Program-made: the position numbers and the translations under genes
Notes under the pieces: generated by a model
Told to the model about the DNA's origin: nothing
The model's input: only the letters and a program-made list of their open reading frames with translations
Databases searched by the model: none
Origin: an uncultured Veillonellaceae bacterium
Lineage (GTDB): Bacteria; Bacillota; Negativicutes; JARBTT01
Length of the DNA stretch: 64,000 nt
Direction of reading: 5' to 3'
Assembly (NCBI GenBank): GCA_963805085.1
Contig: CAWDTA010000002.1
Coordinates: forward strand, 1,632,001 to 1,696,000
Part shown: positions 11,074 through 21,478 of the stretch, piece by piece
Layout of the letters: each line of letters begins with the position of its first letter
Numbering within the stretch: the first letter of the stretch is position 1

Positions 11074-12717
11074 TTACCTTGGCTTTTTGCGTGTGGATTG
11101 ATTTCTAGTAATAAGTTTTGAACGTTTCAGCACAGACCAAAAGGGTGCTCTTACCATAACGTCGGAAAGCTCATTTTTCATAAGAGGCGCCAATGGAGCC
11201 ATATAGGGAACACCAAAAGATCGGGCAGATATCATATTCACAAACAAGATCATCATACCGCCGATAAGACCTAGCATACCTAAAGTTCCACCTAAGAATA
11301 GGAACATAAAGCGAGGCGTCATGAGATAAATATTCATCTCGGGAGTAGGTGTTGTTAAAGCAGCTATCGCTGAGAGAGCAACTACAATAACGGTAAGAGT
11401 GCTTACTAAGCCTGCCTCAACAGCGGCTTGACCTAACACCAGTGCACCAACAATACTTACAGCTGGTCCTATTACTCTTGGCATTCTAATACCCGCTTCT
11501 TTCAATATTGCATAGGCAAATAACATGGCAATGCATTCCCACATTACAGGAAGGGGAACTCCGGCCCGAGATTTTATTAGGGTAGTGACTAAATCGTAGG
11601 GAATTAGTTCCTGATGAAAGGTTAATAACGCCACATAAAAGCCGGGAAGTGTGAGTGTCAGAAAAAATGCTATAGACCGAATCCAGCGAGTCAGTGTGCC
11701 GGACATATATTTCAAGTAATAATCATCAGTCGCTTTCATAGAATCTACAAAAAGATAGGGAACAACTAACACAATAGGCGTTCCATCGGTGATAATAGCA
11801 ACATAGCCTTCTACGAGTTTTCCAACTACAATATCTGGTCTCTCTGTGCGAAATATGGTGGGGAAAATAAAAAAAGGACTGTCTTCGATATATTCTTCAA
11901 TGTAGGTATTAGCTAGTACAGCATCAATATCAATTTTATTCAACCGTTCTCTTACCTCGTTAACGATTTTATCATGGGCAATGCCTTTGAGATAGCAGAT
12001 ACTAACATCTGTTTTGGTTTGCCTGCCAATCTGAAAAGGTTCAACTTTGAAGTTAATATTTTTAATTCTTTTTCTGATTAAGCCGATATTTGTCTGTCTG
12101 GATTCAATAAATGCTTCTCGCGGACCACGTAGAGAAGTTTCAGTGTCTGGAATAGTGACACTTCTTGAAGGGGGATTTTTAAAATCAATTGTCAAGGCAG
12201 CATTGACACCATTGATAAATATGACGACTTTACTCTCTAATATCGCGTTGAGTGCCTCGTCCATTTTTTTGTAGATATCCTCAGGGCGTATTCCAAGTAA
12301 ATATTGCACATAGTCCTTGATATTAGGCATATGCGTAGTATCGGCAGGTTGACTAACTAATTTTTTTACAATGGCTTCTTCGAGGAGGTCTTGCTTTACC
12401 ATTCCATCTAGATAGACAAGCATTGCACTATAGTCTTGATTACTGGTTATTTTAATTTCCCTTAGTATGATATCTGAGCAGTTTTTAAATATATTTCTTA
12501 TATATTGTTCATTCGCTTTTAATTTAGGTAATACGGATTGAGCTTCGATTTCCGAAGATCGTAATTGCTCGCTGTCAGAGATGCTATTTTCCTTAGTATC
12601 AGTACTACCTGTCATTAAATTTTTCAATGATTCTAGTATGGAGCTGCTTTTTGAGTTGGAATCTGGCGGTTCACTAGCTGAAGTTTTTTCATGATGAGGA
12701 AGCCTTTTTTTTGTCAT
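11074..12717 (-). CDS. gerKA: Spore germination receptor A subunit
   Basis: RGPREAFIE, TERPD, DGTP, EAGIRMP, LVLGQAAV and GVPYMAP motifs. Start chosen at ATG 12717 behind a GGGGAG RBS. Confidence 0.92.
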   Translation of the reverse strand: MTKKRLPHHEKTSASEPPDSNSKSSSILESLKNLMTGSTDTKENSISDSEQLRSSEIEAQSVLPKLKANEQYIRNIFKNCSDIILREIKITSNQDYSAMLVYLDGMVKQDLLEEAIVKKLVSQPADTTHMPNIKDYVQYLLGIRPEDIYKKMDEALNAILESKVVIFINGVNAALTIDFKNPPSRSVTIPDTETSLRGPREAFIESRQTNIGLIRKRIKNINFKVEPFQIGRQTKTDVSICYLKGIAHDKIVNEVRERLNKIDIDAVLANTYIEEYIEDSPFFIFPTIFRTERPDIVVGKLVEGYVAIITDGTPIVLVVPYLFVDSMKATDDYYLKYMSGTLTRWIRSIAFFLTLTLPGFYVALLTFHQELIPYDLVTTLIKSRAGVPLPVMWECIAMLFAYAILKEAGIRMPRVIGPAVSIVGALVLGQAAVEAGLVSTLTVIVVALSAIAALTTPTPEMNIYLMTPRFMFLFLGGTLGMLGLIGGMMILFVNMISARSFGVPYMAPLAPLMKNELSDVMVRAPFWSVLKRSKLITRNQSTRKKPR

Positions 12718-12764
12718 AATTCTCCCCCTTCTCTTGTTAATCAATCAATAGAAAAGATATTTCA

Positions 12765-12793
12765 TAGTATTTACATAGAATTCAAAAATAATC
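12765..12793 (-). promoter_or_regulatory. Possible forespore SigG/SigF-type promoter of the ger operon
   Basis: On the minus strand GATTA-17 nt-AATACTA, similar to the SigG consensus; weak match in AT-rich DNA. Confidence 0.3.
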
Positions 12794-13114
12794 TTTCGCT
12801 AAATCTATTTAAAGCCCAAAATGATCACCAAGGTACAATAATCATACAAAATATTAGCTAGGGCGTTGTTTTTTTTTTAAGAAATGATATAATTTTCTAA
12901 AAGATATAGGTTGGCGCCTCGAATATATGCTGGGAGGTATCAGTGGTAGCATTGTCGCAATCTAGATGTGGAATTTTGAACTATGATCATATCCAGTTAT
13001 TCTTTATTACCCGGATGATACTTGCTTTAAAGGAATGGTGATAGTATAGAGATGATGATGAATCGAAAAATCGTAGATGAGCCTAAAAAAGCAATAAAGA
13101 GGCTGGAGGCTTCA

Positions 13115-14887
13115 ATGAAAAAAGTTGTAGCAAAAAGCATTTTAGCTACAACTTTTTTCTTTATTATTCTTAGCATGTTGCAACCTGCTTATTGTGTGGC
13201 TAATGACGGCGTAATTAATAAGAAAGTCCTTATCATTGATTCGTTTAATCAGGACTTACCTATTAGTAAGATATTTTTAAAAGGGGTACAAGATGAACTT
13301 GCACAGCAAGCTAACTTAAAAATAAATTATTATTATGAATACCTTGATCAAGAAAATCTAAAATATTTGCCTAAATACTTGCAAGAAAAATATTTCAATC
13401 AAAGACCAGATTTAATTATAGTGCACAGAGAGGCAGCCTTCGAGTTTATGCTGAAGCATACTGAAGTCGTTTTTCCGGGGGTACCCGTCATTTGTGCTGG
13501 GGACACAAGAGAAAAATATAACAATGAAGTATTCCCACCAAATTTTATGCAAGTCTTGGGAAGTGTGGATATTGCTGAGTCGTTTCGAGTATTACTCAAA
13601 ACAAGACCAACAACCAAGAAAATTTATGTTGTGATTGGTGCTTCGGATTTAGAAAGAGGAATGAAGTCTAAATTACGTGAGAATTTAGCTCAATTTTCTG
13701 GGCAAGTTGAGATCATCTATCTTGACAATCTTACTGTCCCTGAGATGCTAGACAAAGTAAGTACGATCACTGGTGATGCTGCCATTATGTATTTTTTTGC
13801 TTTCAAAGATGTGGCAGAAACAAGTTATTTGCCAAGAGAATTAATGAATATGATCTATGCTAGGGCCAAAGTTCCCATTTATACAACCGCGGGCAGTTAC
13901 CTCGGCAGTGGCATCGTCGGCGGATATTTATTCAATGGGGAATTACTAGGAAAAAAAGTAGCGGACTTAGGCCTTGGCATTTTACAAGGAGAAAAGTCAC
14001 TTCCTTCTGGTGTTGAAATTTTCCCGTCAGCAGAATATGTTTTTGATTGGCGGGAGTTAAAGCGTTGGGATATTGATCCAAACTATCTGCCTTATGGCAG
14101 TAAGGTGAAGTTTAGCGAACCTAGTTTATGGGATTTATATCGAGGGTATGTGATTGGTACTATCGTCGTTTTGGTATTGCAAGCAATGTTGATCTTTGGG
14201 CTATTAACGAATCGCAGAAAGCGTAAGAAGGCTGAGGCTATCCTAGAAAAAATGAATGCAAATTTGGAAGCTATGGTTATGGAACGGACGCAGGAGCTAG
14301 AAGCTGCAAATAAAGAACTGAGGGCGGCAAAGGAACGGCAAGAAGATTTAATTAGTGTTCTGAGCCAGTTAAATAGACATTTGGATTTTACTTCCAGAAC
14401 AGATGCGTTGACAGGCCTTTTTAATAGGCGTCATATGACCGAGAAAGTTGAGGCTGAGTTTGAACGGTTTCATCGGACGGGGAGAACCTTCGCAGTAGTT
14501 ATTGGCGATGTTGACCATTTTAAGCAGGTGAATGATACGTATGGTCATAATAGTGGAGATTTTTTATTGCGAATTGTGGCAGACGAGCTTCGTAATGCAG
14601 TACGTGCGTATGATACTGTTTCTAGGTGGGGTGGCGAAGAATTTTTGTGTTTGTTGCCGGAAACGGATATTGATACAGCATTGAAGGTCGCGGAAAGAAT
14701 GCGAAGTATGATAGTAAATAAAAGCTTTGTCTGGGAGGGTTTGTCCATACCAATTAGTATGACCTTTGGTGTGACCATAGCTAATACTGGTGATACAATG
14801 GAGCGAGTAATCGATCGAGCCGATCAAGCACTCTACAAGGGAAAAGAAAGCGGAAGAAATAAAGTAGTATTAGCCGACGGTGTCTAA
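13115..14887 (+). CDS. Membrane sensor diguanylate cyclase (periplasmic-binding-like domain, TM, GGDEF)
   Basis: TDALTGLFNRR, DVDHFKQVNDTYGH, RAYD I-site, RWGGEEF. GGAGG RBS before ATG 13115 (ORF track start 13052). Confidence 0.88.
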   Translation: MKKVVAKSILATTFFFIILSMLQPAYCVANDGVINKKVLIIDSFNQDLPISKIFLKGVQDELAQQANLKINYYYEYLDQENLKYLPKYLQEKYFNQRPDLIIVHREAAFEFMLKHTEVVFPGVPVICAGDTREKYNNEVFPPNFMQVLGSVDIAESFRVLLKTRPTTKKIYVVIGASDLERGMKSKLRENLAQFSGQVEIIYLDNLTVPEMLDKVSTITGDAAIMYFFAFKDVAETSYLPRELMNMIYARAKVPIYTTAGSYLGSGIVGGYLFNGELLGKKVADLGLGILQGEKSLPSGVEIFPSAEYVFDWRELKRWDIDPNYLPYGSKVKFSEPSLWDLYRGYVIGTIVVLVLQAMLIFGLLTNRRKRKKAEAILEKMNANLEAMVMERTQELEAANKELRAAKERQEDLISVLSQLNRHLDFTSRTDALTGLFNRRHMTEKVEAEFERFHRTGRTFAVVIGDVDHFKQVNDTYGHNSGDFLLRIVADELRNAVRAYDTVSRWGGEEFLCLLPETDIDTALKVAERMRSMIVNKSFVWEGLSIPISMTFGVTIANTGDTMERVIDRADQALYKGKESGRNKVVLADGV

Positions 14888-14976
14888 CCTATTTATATAT
14901 CCCTCATCGTGGTATAATTCATTTGAATTGTTAGAGAAGTATAGAATGATCAATTTATGAGCTAGGAGTTGTATGA

Positions 14977-16104
14977 ATGAATCCAATTATCAAAAGGAGT
15001 CTACGCCTTTATTTAGCGTTGATAGTAGCCATTTGCTTAGTCAGTCTTTTTTCAATGAGTACATCGTGGGCGAGTGTCTTCAAGCATGCGACGCTTGCGG
15101 ATATTACGCTGTATGGAACTGGTGGCGTTAAGCTTACGCCGGCATTTTCTGCCGAACAAACAAAATACAGAGTAAGTGTCAATAGTGATATTACAAATCT
15201 GCTGATTCGAGCAACCATGGCAGAAGCAGATGCGATGAAAATTAATGGTCAAGATGTAAAGACGGGTGACGATTATAATGCAAAATTGGGAGTAGGCAAG
15301 AATAAATTTGAGTTGACGGTTACGGCACAGAGCGGTGCAACGAATACGTATACGATTTATGTCAAGCGGGAAAATATCAAGCCTGTTATTGATAAGTTTT
15401 TGAAACTGAACTATACAGATTCTGCTACGGGGCAAACGATGCCGTATCGTTTGTTCGTACCTGAAAACTACGATGCGAGCAAAGCATATCCGTTGGTGTT
15501 GTTTCTACATGGTTCAGGAGAGCGCGGCGATGACAATGAAGCGCAGCTAACTGCTAACCAGGGGGCAACAATCTGGGCAAAACCTGATGAACAAGCGAAA
15601 CATCCGTGTTTTGTTTTAGCGCCACAAGCACATAGTGGCGCTGGTTTTGATTTGAGAGAAGATGAGGGCGACAGTGAGTTAGAAATTTCAGATGACCTTA
15701 CGATGGCATTAAAAATTATAGATCAAGTAAGCGCAAAGTATACGATAGATAAAAGACGTCTTTATGCAACGGGCGTGTCACAAGGCGGCTTTGGTGTATG
15801 GAACGCTAATGAAGCGTATCCTAAATTATTTGCAGCGATAGTTCCGGTTTGCAGCGGCGGCAATTTGCAATTTGCTTCGAGGTTAGTGGATAAACCGATC
15901 TGGGCATTTCATGCCGAGGGTGATCCTGTAGTTCCAGTAAAATATAGTAGGAATATGATCAATGCTATCAGAAATGCCGGCGGGAAGCCGATGTATTCGG
16001 AGTTTCCGAGAGAAATGTTTATCAAACCGATGGGACATTATTCTTGGGTATTAGCGTACCAAACTTCGGAGATGAGAGATTGGTTATTCAAACAAAAGCA
16101 ATAA
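14977..16104 (+). CDS. Secreted alpha/beta-hydrolase with cadherin-like beta-sandwich domain
   Basis: Signal peptide; LTPAFS...Y...VTAQSGATNTYTIYV cadherin-like region; LHGSGERG, GVSQGG and GHYSW motifs. Confidence 0.8.
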   Translation: MNPIIKRSLRLYLALIVAICLVSLFSMSTSWASVFKHATLADITLYGTGGVKLTPAFSAEQTKYRVSVNSDITNLLIRATMAEADAMKINGQDVKTGDDYNAKLGVGKNKFELTVTAQSGATNTYTIYVKRENIKPVIDKFLKLNYTDSATGQTMPYRLFVPENYDASKAYPLVLFLHGSGERGDDNEAQLTANQGATIWAKPDEQAKHPCFVLAPQAHSGAGFDLREDEGDSELEISDDLTMALKIIDQVSAKYTIDKRRLYATGVSQGGFGVWNANEAYPKLFAAIVPVCSGGNLQFASRLVDKPIWAFHAEGDPVVPVKYSRNMINAIRNAGGKPMYSEFPREMFIKPMGHYSWVLAYQTSEMRDWLFKQKQ

Positions 16105-16173
16105 GCCAAAATTTTCGTAACCTGTAATTTAGTAATATAGTATAGTCAAACATAGAGGGGAAAAAGATATTGT

Positions 16174-17319
16174 ATGAGTACTAGTGTGTTAACAGAGCGA
16201 GGTTTTGCCGAAACTATTGCCGAAAATGGCGGGCGGGTATTTAGAGTCGGCGGCTGTGTCCGTGATCAGTTTATGGGGGTAACGGCAAAAGACATTGATT
16301 TTAGCGTAGTGGGGATGGTAAAGAAGAATTTTAAAGAACTGTTTCCTGAGGCGCAGGAGATTGGTAAATCTTTTCCTGTTTTTCTTTTAAAAATAGATGG
16401 CGTGAAGCGTGAAGTTGCTTTTGCGAGAACCGAGAAAAAAATAGGCCCTGGCTACAAAGGATTCAGAGTGTCAGCTAAGCCTAAGATTACGATTGAAGAA
16501 GATCTTTTTCGTCGCGATACTACAGTGAACTCGATGGCTGAGGACTGTTTAACAGGTGAAGTTATTGATCCTTTTGGTGGACGAGCCGATATAGAAGCAA
16601 AGGTACTTAGAGCGACGAGTGAACATTTTTCGGATGATCCTATGCGGGCGTTACGGCTGGCCGGGCATGCGGCTCGCTTTGACTTTGCAATAGATATTGC
16701 TACGTTGCCACAGATGAGAGCGACGAACGTAGAATTGGCCGAGGAGCCTGTAGAACGCATGGTGGCGGAGCTTGGCAAGGTGTTACCAGAAGCGAAGCAG
16801 CCAGGACGCTTTTTTAGAGTTCTAGGACAGACAAAGTTATTATCGGTTACCTTTCATGAGTTGGCAGCTTTACCAACTGAAGCGTTTGCTAAAGCAATGG
16901 AACGGCTAGATGCAGTGGCAAACGTTACGAAGGATGCCAAACTTCGCTTTGCTGCTTTAGGAACGGTATTGACTAAGGAAATGTTAACCGCGTGGAATAA
17001 GCGCATGACCTTGCCTGGCGATTGGTTAGATGCAGCGATTACAGTCAGTGAATCCATAGTCTTTTTAGAACAGCTCACCGCCGATAAAGTTGTTGATACC
17101 ATGAACAAATTAAGACGTGGTTCCCTGAATCTAGAGGAGTTTGACCTCATTACGCAAGCTACTGGGGTAAAAATCCCGCAATTAGGTCCAATGAAAGCGG
17201 TAATGGCCTTGGCAAAAGGTGAGGCGGTACCTAAGTCTTTGCAGGGCAAAGAAATCGGTGAGTGGCTAAAGAGAAAGCAGGTTGAAACATTAGCGAAACA
17301 TTTGAATTTGAGAGGCTAA
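16174..17319 (+). CDS. cca: tRNA nucleotidyltransferase (class II CCA-adding/poly(A) polymerase family)
   Basis: VGGCVRD, DIDF, ARTEKK..GYKGF loop, EEDLFRRDTTVNSMA, DDPMRALR. Confidence 0.8.
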   Translation: MSTSVLTERGFAETIAENGGRVFRVGGCVRDQFMGVTAKDIDFSVVGMVKKNFKELFPEAQEIGKSFPVFLLKIDGVKREVAFARTEKKIGPGYKGFRVSAKPKITIEEDLFRRDTTVNSMAEDCLTGEVIDPFGGRADIEAKVLRATSEHFSDDPMRALRLAGHAARFDFAIDIATLPQMRATNVELAEEPVERMVAELGKVLPEAKQPGRFFRVLGQTKLLSVTFHELAALPTEAFAKAMERLDAVANVTKDAKLRFAALGTVLTKEMLTAWNKRMTLPGDWLDAAITVSESIVFLEQLTADKVVDTMNKLRRGSLNLEEFDLITQATGVKIPQLGPMKAVMALAKGEAVPKSLQGKEIGEWLKRKQVETLAKHLNLRG

Positions 17320-17455
17320 TGGATGGCTCTTTTGTCTAGAATAGATTGATTTAGTATGGTGGTATATGGAGAGATTGTTAACATATAACCCAGAAGCATA
17401 TTTGTGCACGGTTTTGTATTGTCTAATAGAATTAAAAACCAAGGAAAGATGAGTT

Positions 17456-18163
17456 ATGAAAGAATCAAGCATATCGGGAGCGATAACGAGTATCGCTCGT
17501 ATTCACACGGAGTTTCCGATGAAATTTGGTGTTCCGCGGCAAAGTGGGCTTGTGCCACTCGGAGCGACGATTATATTTGAACCGCCATATCGTGATTTTA
17601 GTGCGGTTCGGGGCTTAGAAGGATTTTCGCATATGTGGCTGATCTGGCAGTTTTCAGAAGCAGTAGGCAGTAAATATTCTCTTACGGTTCGTCCGCCACG
17701 TTTGGGTGGCAATACACGGATGGGAGTATTCGCTACACGTTCTCCTTTTAGACCAAACCATCTAGGTCTTTCTTCCGTTAAACTGGAACGGATTGAAAAA
17801 CATCCGAATTTGGGGCCGATTCTGCATGTATCGGGTGCCGATATGATCGATCAAACGCCGATTTTTGATATTAAACCATATCTGCCGTTTACAGATAGTC
17901 ATCCAGATGCGATAGCCGGGTTTGCTGGTCCTCTCGTAGATTATAAACTGCAAGTCATTTTCCCTGAAAAATGGCTCGCGCTCATACCAGAGTATTTAAG
18001 GCAGGGATTATATAGTGTGTTAGAACAAGATCCTCGTCCGGCCTATGTGCAAGATCCTGCCCGTGTTTTTGGAATTCCTTTCGCCGAGTTTGATATTCGT
18101 TTCACAGTGGAAAATGGTATCCTAACAGTTTTGCATATAGAATGTCTTGATAAAAATAAGTAA
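17456..18163 (+). CDS. trmO: tRNA m6t6A37 methyltransferase TrmO
   Basis: KFGVPRQSGL, TVRPPRLGGN..GVFATRSPFRPN and TPIFDIKPY motifs. Confidence 0.92.
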   Translation: MKESSISGAITSIARIHTEFPMKFGVPRQSGLVPLGATIIFEPPYRDFSAVRGLEGFSHMWLIWQFSEAVGSKYSLTVRPPRLGGNTRMGVFATRSPFRPNHLGLSSVKLERIEKHPNLGPILHVSGADMIDQTPIFDIKPYLPFTDSHPDAIAGFAGPLVDYKLQVIFPEKWLALIPEYLRQGLYSVLEQDPRPAYVQDPARVFGIPFAEFDIRFTVENGILTVLHIECLDKNK

Positions 18164-18332
18164 TATGCGAAAGAGAGCAAAGTAACGCATGAGATTACTT
18201 TGTTCTCTTTCTCGTTTTGCAGGAATTTTGAGTTTTATAGTAAATATTAAAAGTTAAAGCTTTTTGGATTTAAAAAAGATTTATAGTTGACTTTACATTT
18301 AACTGATACATAAATAATTTAGGAGAAAGATT

Positions 18333-20276
18333 ATGAAACCTAAAATTGGAGTAATTTCACCATCTAGCACATTAACGCAGTTAATACAGAAAATTGTAGA
18401 TCAAAGAAATTTATCTTTTATAATTAAACAGGCTTCACAAGAGGATGCTTTAAGCATTGCTCAAAATCTTATTGATGAGGGGATAACTGTAATCATAAGT
18501 CGTGGAAATACTGCACAGATGTTACGTAGTCACGTAGATATTCCAATTGTCGAAGTACAGCATACATTTTTTGATTGTTATTTTTCTTATCAAAAAGCTC
18601 GTCTTATTTCTGATAAAATTGCTTTTTTAGCAACCTCAGAAGGTTACATAAAAATTCTAAATAAATCTAAACCGTTTTTAGAAGATGTATTAATATATCC
18701 TATCAATCCATTATTAGGTAAAGATGCTACGCAGAAAAAGATAGATGAATTAATATCTATGGGAATAAAAGTGGCAATTGGGGGACTTTCTCTTGAAAAA
18801 GAAGTAATAAAACACGGCATTGACTATATCATGACAACGGCTGATGAAGATTCAATAAACGATGCTATTAATGCAGCACTTCATTTATTAAAAGTTGAAC
18901 ACGAAAAGACGCGAAAAAGTTTAGAATTGCAAAGCCGTTATGAATTGATACGGGCTATTTTGAACTGTGTATCAGAAGGCATTGTCAGTATTGATCGTGA
19001 TGGACTTGTTACAAATATAAACGGAAATGCCAGTAGATTCTTGGAACCGTTACATTGTGGACAACATATTGATCATGTTATAAAAAAAAGTTATTTTTCT
19101 GATGTGTTAAAAAAAGGTGAATCTGTTCGTGGCGCTTTACTTACGATAAAAAACCATTCGCTTATCCTAAATATTGATCCCATCAAATTAAATCAACAAG
19201 TGCTCGGCGCTGTTGCAACTTTGCAAAAACAAGCGGAAATTCAAAATATAGAACATAAAATGCGCCGCTTGCTCGTCCAAAAGCATGTTGCTGATAAAAC
19301 GTTTGCCGATATTATTGGTTCTAGCCCAGCGATTCAAGCAGCAAAAAAATTGGCAATTAAATATGCGGCTGTAGACAGTACAACCATGATTGTTGGTAAC
19401 ACAGGAACAGGAAAAGAATTATTTGCGCAAAGTATTCACAATGCTTCTAATCGACGTCGCGCCCCATTTGTGGCGATAAACTGTGCTGCATTTCCGCCAA
19501 GTGTCCTAGAAAGTGAGTTGTTTGGCTATGTTAAAGGAGCCTTTACGGGAGCTCTTAATGAAGGCAAACCAGGCGTGTTCGAACTTGCCCATATGGGAAC
19601 CATTTTTTTGGATGAAATTAGTGAGACCTCATTGGATGTACAGTTAAAACTTTTACGAGTTATCCAAGAAAGAAAAGTCATTCGCATTGGTGACGACAAA
19701 GTAACGCCAGTTGATATACGTATTATTACCTCAAGCAACAAAGATTTGAATAACTTAGTAAAAGAAGGATTGTTTCGTGAAGATTTTTTCTACAGGATAT
19801 GCGTATTAAAATTGTGTCTTCCATCGCTAAATGAACGCCGTGAAGATATTCCAGAACTTATACGATATTTTCTAAAAAATCCTCACTTACCTACTTGTGA
19901 TATTACAGATGAAGCTTTGGAGCTGCTATCCATGTGTGAGTGGCGCGGAAATATCCGTCAACTTGGTAATATTGTTGAACGGTTAGCTGTAATGTGCGAC
20001 GATGGCATCGTCAATAAAAATTTGGTGCAAGAAGTTGCAGATGATATATCTTTTAAGAACGACGAAGATTTTGTTCCTGCTGCGTTAACTACATCCACCC
20101 CGAAGGGAACTCTGACCGAAAAAGAATTTATTTACCAAATATTATGTGAAGTGAATGGAAACAGAACAAAGGCAGCAAAACGGTTAGGAATTAGCATAAC
20201 AACACTATGGCGAAAAATGAAGAAATATATGAAAGAAGATTCCCATTGCTTTGATTTAATAAAATATAACAGATAA
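18333..20276 (+). CDS. Sigma-54 enhancer-binding protein, PrpR-like N-terminus + PAS + AAA+ + Fis HTH
   Basis: IISRGNTA (PrpR_N), GNTGTGKE Walker A, ESELFGY..GAFTGA, FLDEI, C-terminal HTH. Confidence 0.92.
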   Translation: MKPKIGVISPSSTLTQLIQKIVDQRNLSFIIKQASQEDALSIAQNLIDEGITVIISRGNTAQMLRSHVDIPIVEVQHTFFDCYFSYQKARLISDKIAFLATSEGYIKILNKSKPFLEDVLIYPINPLLGKDATQKKIDELISMGIKVAIGGLSLEKEVIKHGIDYIMTTADEDSINDAINAALHLLKVEHEKTRKSLELQSRYELIRAILNCVSEGIVSIDRDGLVTNINGNASRFLEPLHCGQHIDHVIKKSYFSDVLKKGESVRGALLTIKNHSLILNIDPIKLNQQVLGAVATLQKQAEIQNIEHKMRRLLVQKHVADKTFADIIGSSPAIQAAKKLAIKYAAVDSTTMIVGNTGTGKELFAQSIHNASNRRRAPFVAINCAAFPPSVLESELFGYVKGAFTGALNEGKPGVFELAHMGTIFLDEISETSLDVQLKLLRVIQERKVIRIGDDKVTPVDIRIITSSNKDLNNLVKEGLFREDFFYRICVLKLCLPSLNERREDIPELIRYFLKNPHLPTCDITDEALELLSMCEWRGNIRQLGNIVERLAVMCDDGIVNKNLVQEVADDISFKNDEDFVPAALTTSTPKGTLTEKEFIYQILCEVNGNRTKAAKRLGISITTLWRKMKKYMKEDSHCFDLIKYNR

Positions 20277-20470
20277 AAGATTGTCTTGAAAAATTACGAA
20301 GTGAGCCTTGCAATTGATTTCAATAATGAAAAAATATGCAAAGGATCGCAATGTCCTGAAAAGTAATTTATCACGTATATTTTCGGTATATTGCAAAAAT
20401 TCAATCAATATATAATGATTTATAAAATATGAATTGGATTTGCATCAGAGATTTATTAGAGTATTAATCA

Positions 20471-20507
20471 AAGAAAAGCTGATTCTTGCACAGAATCAGC
20501 TTTTCTT
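20471..20507 (+). terminator. Hairpin (terminator of the regulator gene) just upstream of the sigma-54 promoter
   Basis: 16-bp perfect arms aagaaaagctgattct/agaatcagcttttctt. Confidence 0.6.
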
Positions 20508-20519
20508 ACTTATGAAGGC

Positions 20520-20535
20520 TGGCACACTTCTTGCA
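20520..20535 (+). promoter_or_regulatory. Sigma-54 -24/-12 promoter
   Basis: TGGCAC-acttc-TTGCA, matching consensus and spacing; directly downstream of a sigma-54 activator gene and 38 nt before the operon start. Confidence 0.9.
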
Positions 20536-20573
20536 TTTAAAATAGGCATAAACAATAAAAAGGGGGAACAGTC

Positions 20574-21452
20574 ATGCAATTGGTACTCATTGGGTTTGGC
20601 GAAGCAGCCTATAATATCGCTATCGGGCTAAAATCAGAAGGATTAACGGATATTGGTGCTTACGATGTAAATGCAACAAATCCTCAATTAGGTGAAATGA
20701 TTCAAAAAAGAGCCAAAGAAGCTGACGTTAAGTTGTTTGATAGTTTAGAAAACGCTTATCAATCTGGCAAATTTATTGCATCTCTCACGAGTGCGAAAGT
20801 CGCAGTAAATGTAGCGGAATCCATTATTCCGCATCTGACGGAAAAACAAGTCTATGTCGATATGAATTCTGCTGCACCTACGATAAAAGCAGATATTGCA
20901 AGAATTCCACATGCAGAGGGTGTTAAATTTTGTGATGCCGCTGTTATGGGTACAGTTCCTGGCAATAAACATAAAGTACCTATGTTTTTGGCAGGAGAGG
21001 GTGCTAAAGATTTTGAAAGAGAATTTTCACAATATGGCATGAAATTAACCGTGTTGGATGCAGAAGCGGGCGGGGCTTCCGCAATTAAGATGTTCAAAAG
21101 CGTAGTCATGAAAGGGATCCCACAGCTTATGTTTGAATCCTTTGAAGCAGCGCAGAATTATGGTGTATTAGATACACTGGTAAAGTCTCTTTCTAGCTCT
21201 ATTAATGGTAAAACTGTGGAGCAATTAGCCGATAACTTTATTGCTCGTACAATGATTCATGCATCACGCCGTAGCGCAGAAATGAAAGATGTGGTAGCAA
21301 CCTTGGAAAGCTTAGGGGTTGATGCCTCGATGTCAAAGGCGACTGTCCATAAATTAGACCATATGGCTGAGCAAAACTGGGTAAATAAGCTCGGTGCAGG
21401 CGGCGATAAGATGGATTATAAAGAAGCGATGAAACATTTTATAGAACAATAA
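20574..21452 (+). CDS. NAD(P)-dependent oxidoreductase (beta-hydroxyacid dehydrogenase-like, DUF1932 C-terminus)
   Basis: IGFGEAA Rossmann motif, DMNSAAP, DAAVMG, ASAIKMFKSVVMKG, HASRRSAEM. Confidence 0.8.
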   Translation: MQLVLIGFGEAAYNIAIGLKSEGLTDIGAYDVNATNPQLGEMIQKRAKEADVKLFDSLENAYQSGKFIASLTSAKVAVNVAESIIPHLTEKQVYVDMNSAAPTIKADIARIPHAEGVKFCDAAVMGTVPGNKHKVPMFLAGEGAKDFEREFSQYGMKLTVLDAEAGGASAIKMFKSVVMKGIPQLMFESFEAAQNYGVLDTLVKSLSSSINGKTVEQLADNFIARTMIHASRRSAEMKDVVATLESLGVDASMSKATVHKLDHMAEQNWVNKLGAGGDKMDYKEAMKHFIEQ

Positions 21453-21478
21453 AATGATATAAAAAGGAGTGTTTTTTC

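Noticed and set aside
12890-13030. c-di-GMP-II riboswitch-like words upstream of the diguanylate cyclase
   Set aside because: Only loose similarity; the pseudoknot pairing and GTGCAACC segment could not be built. An Infernal search would settle it.
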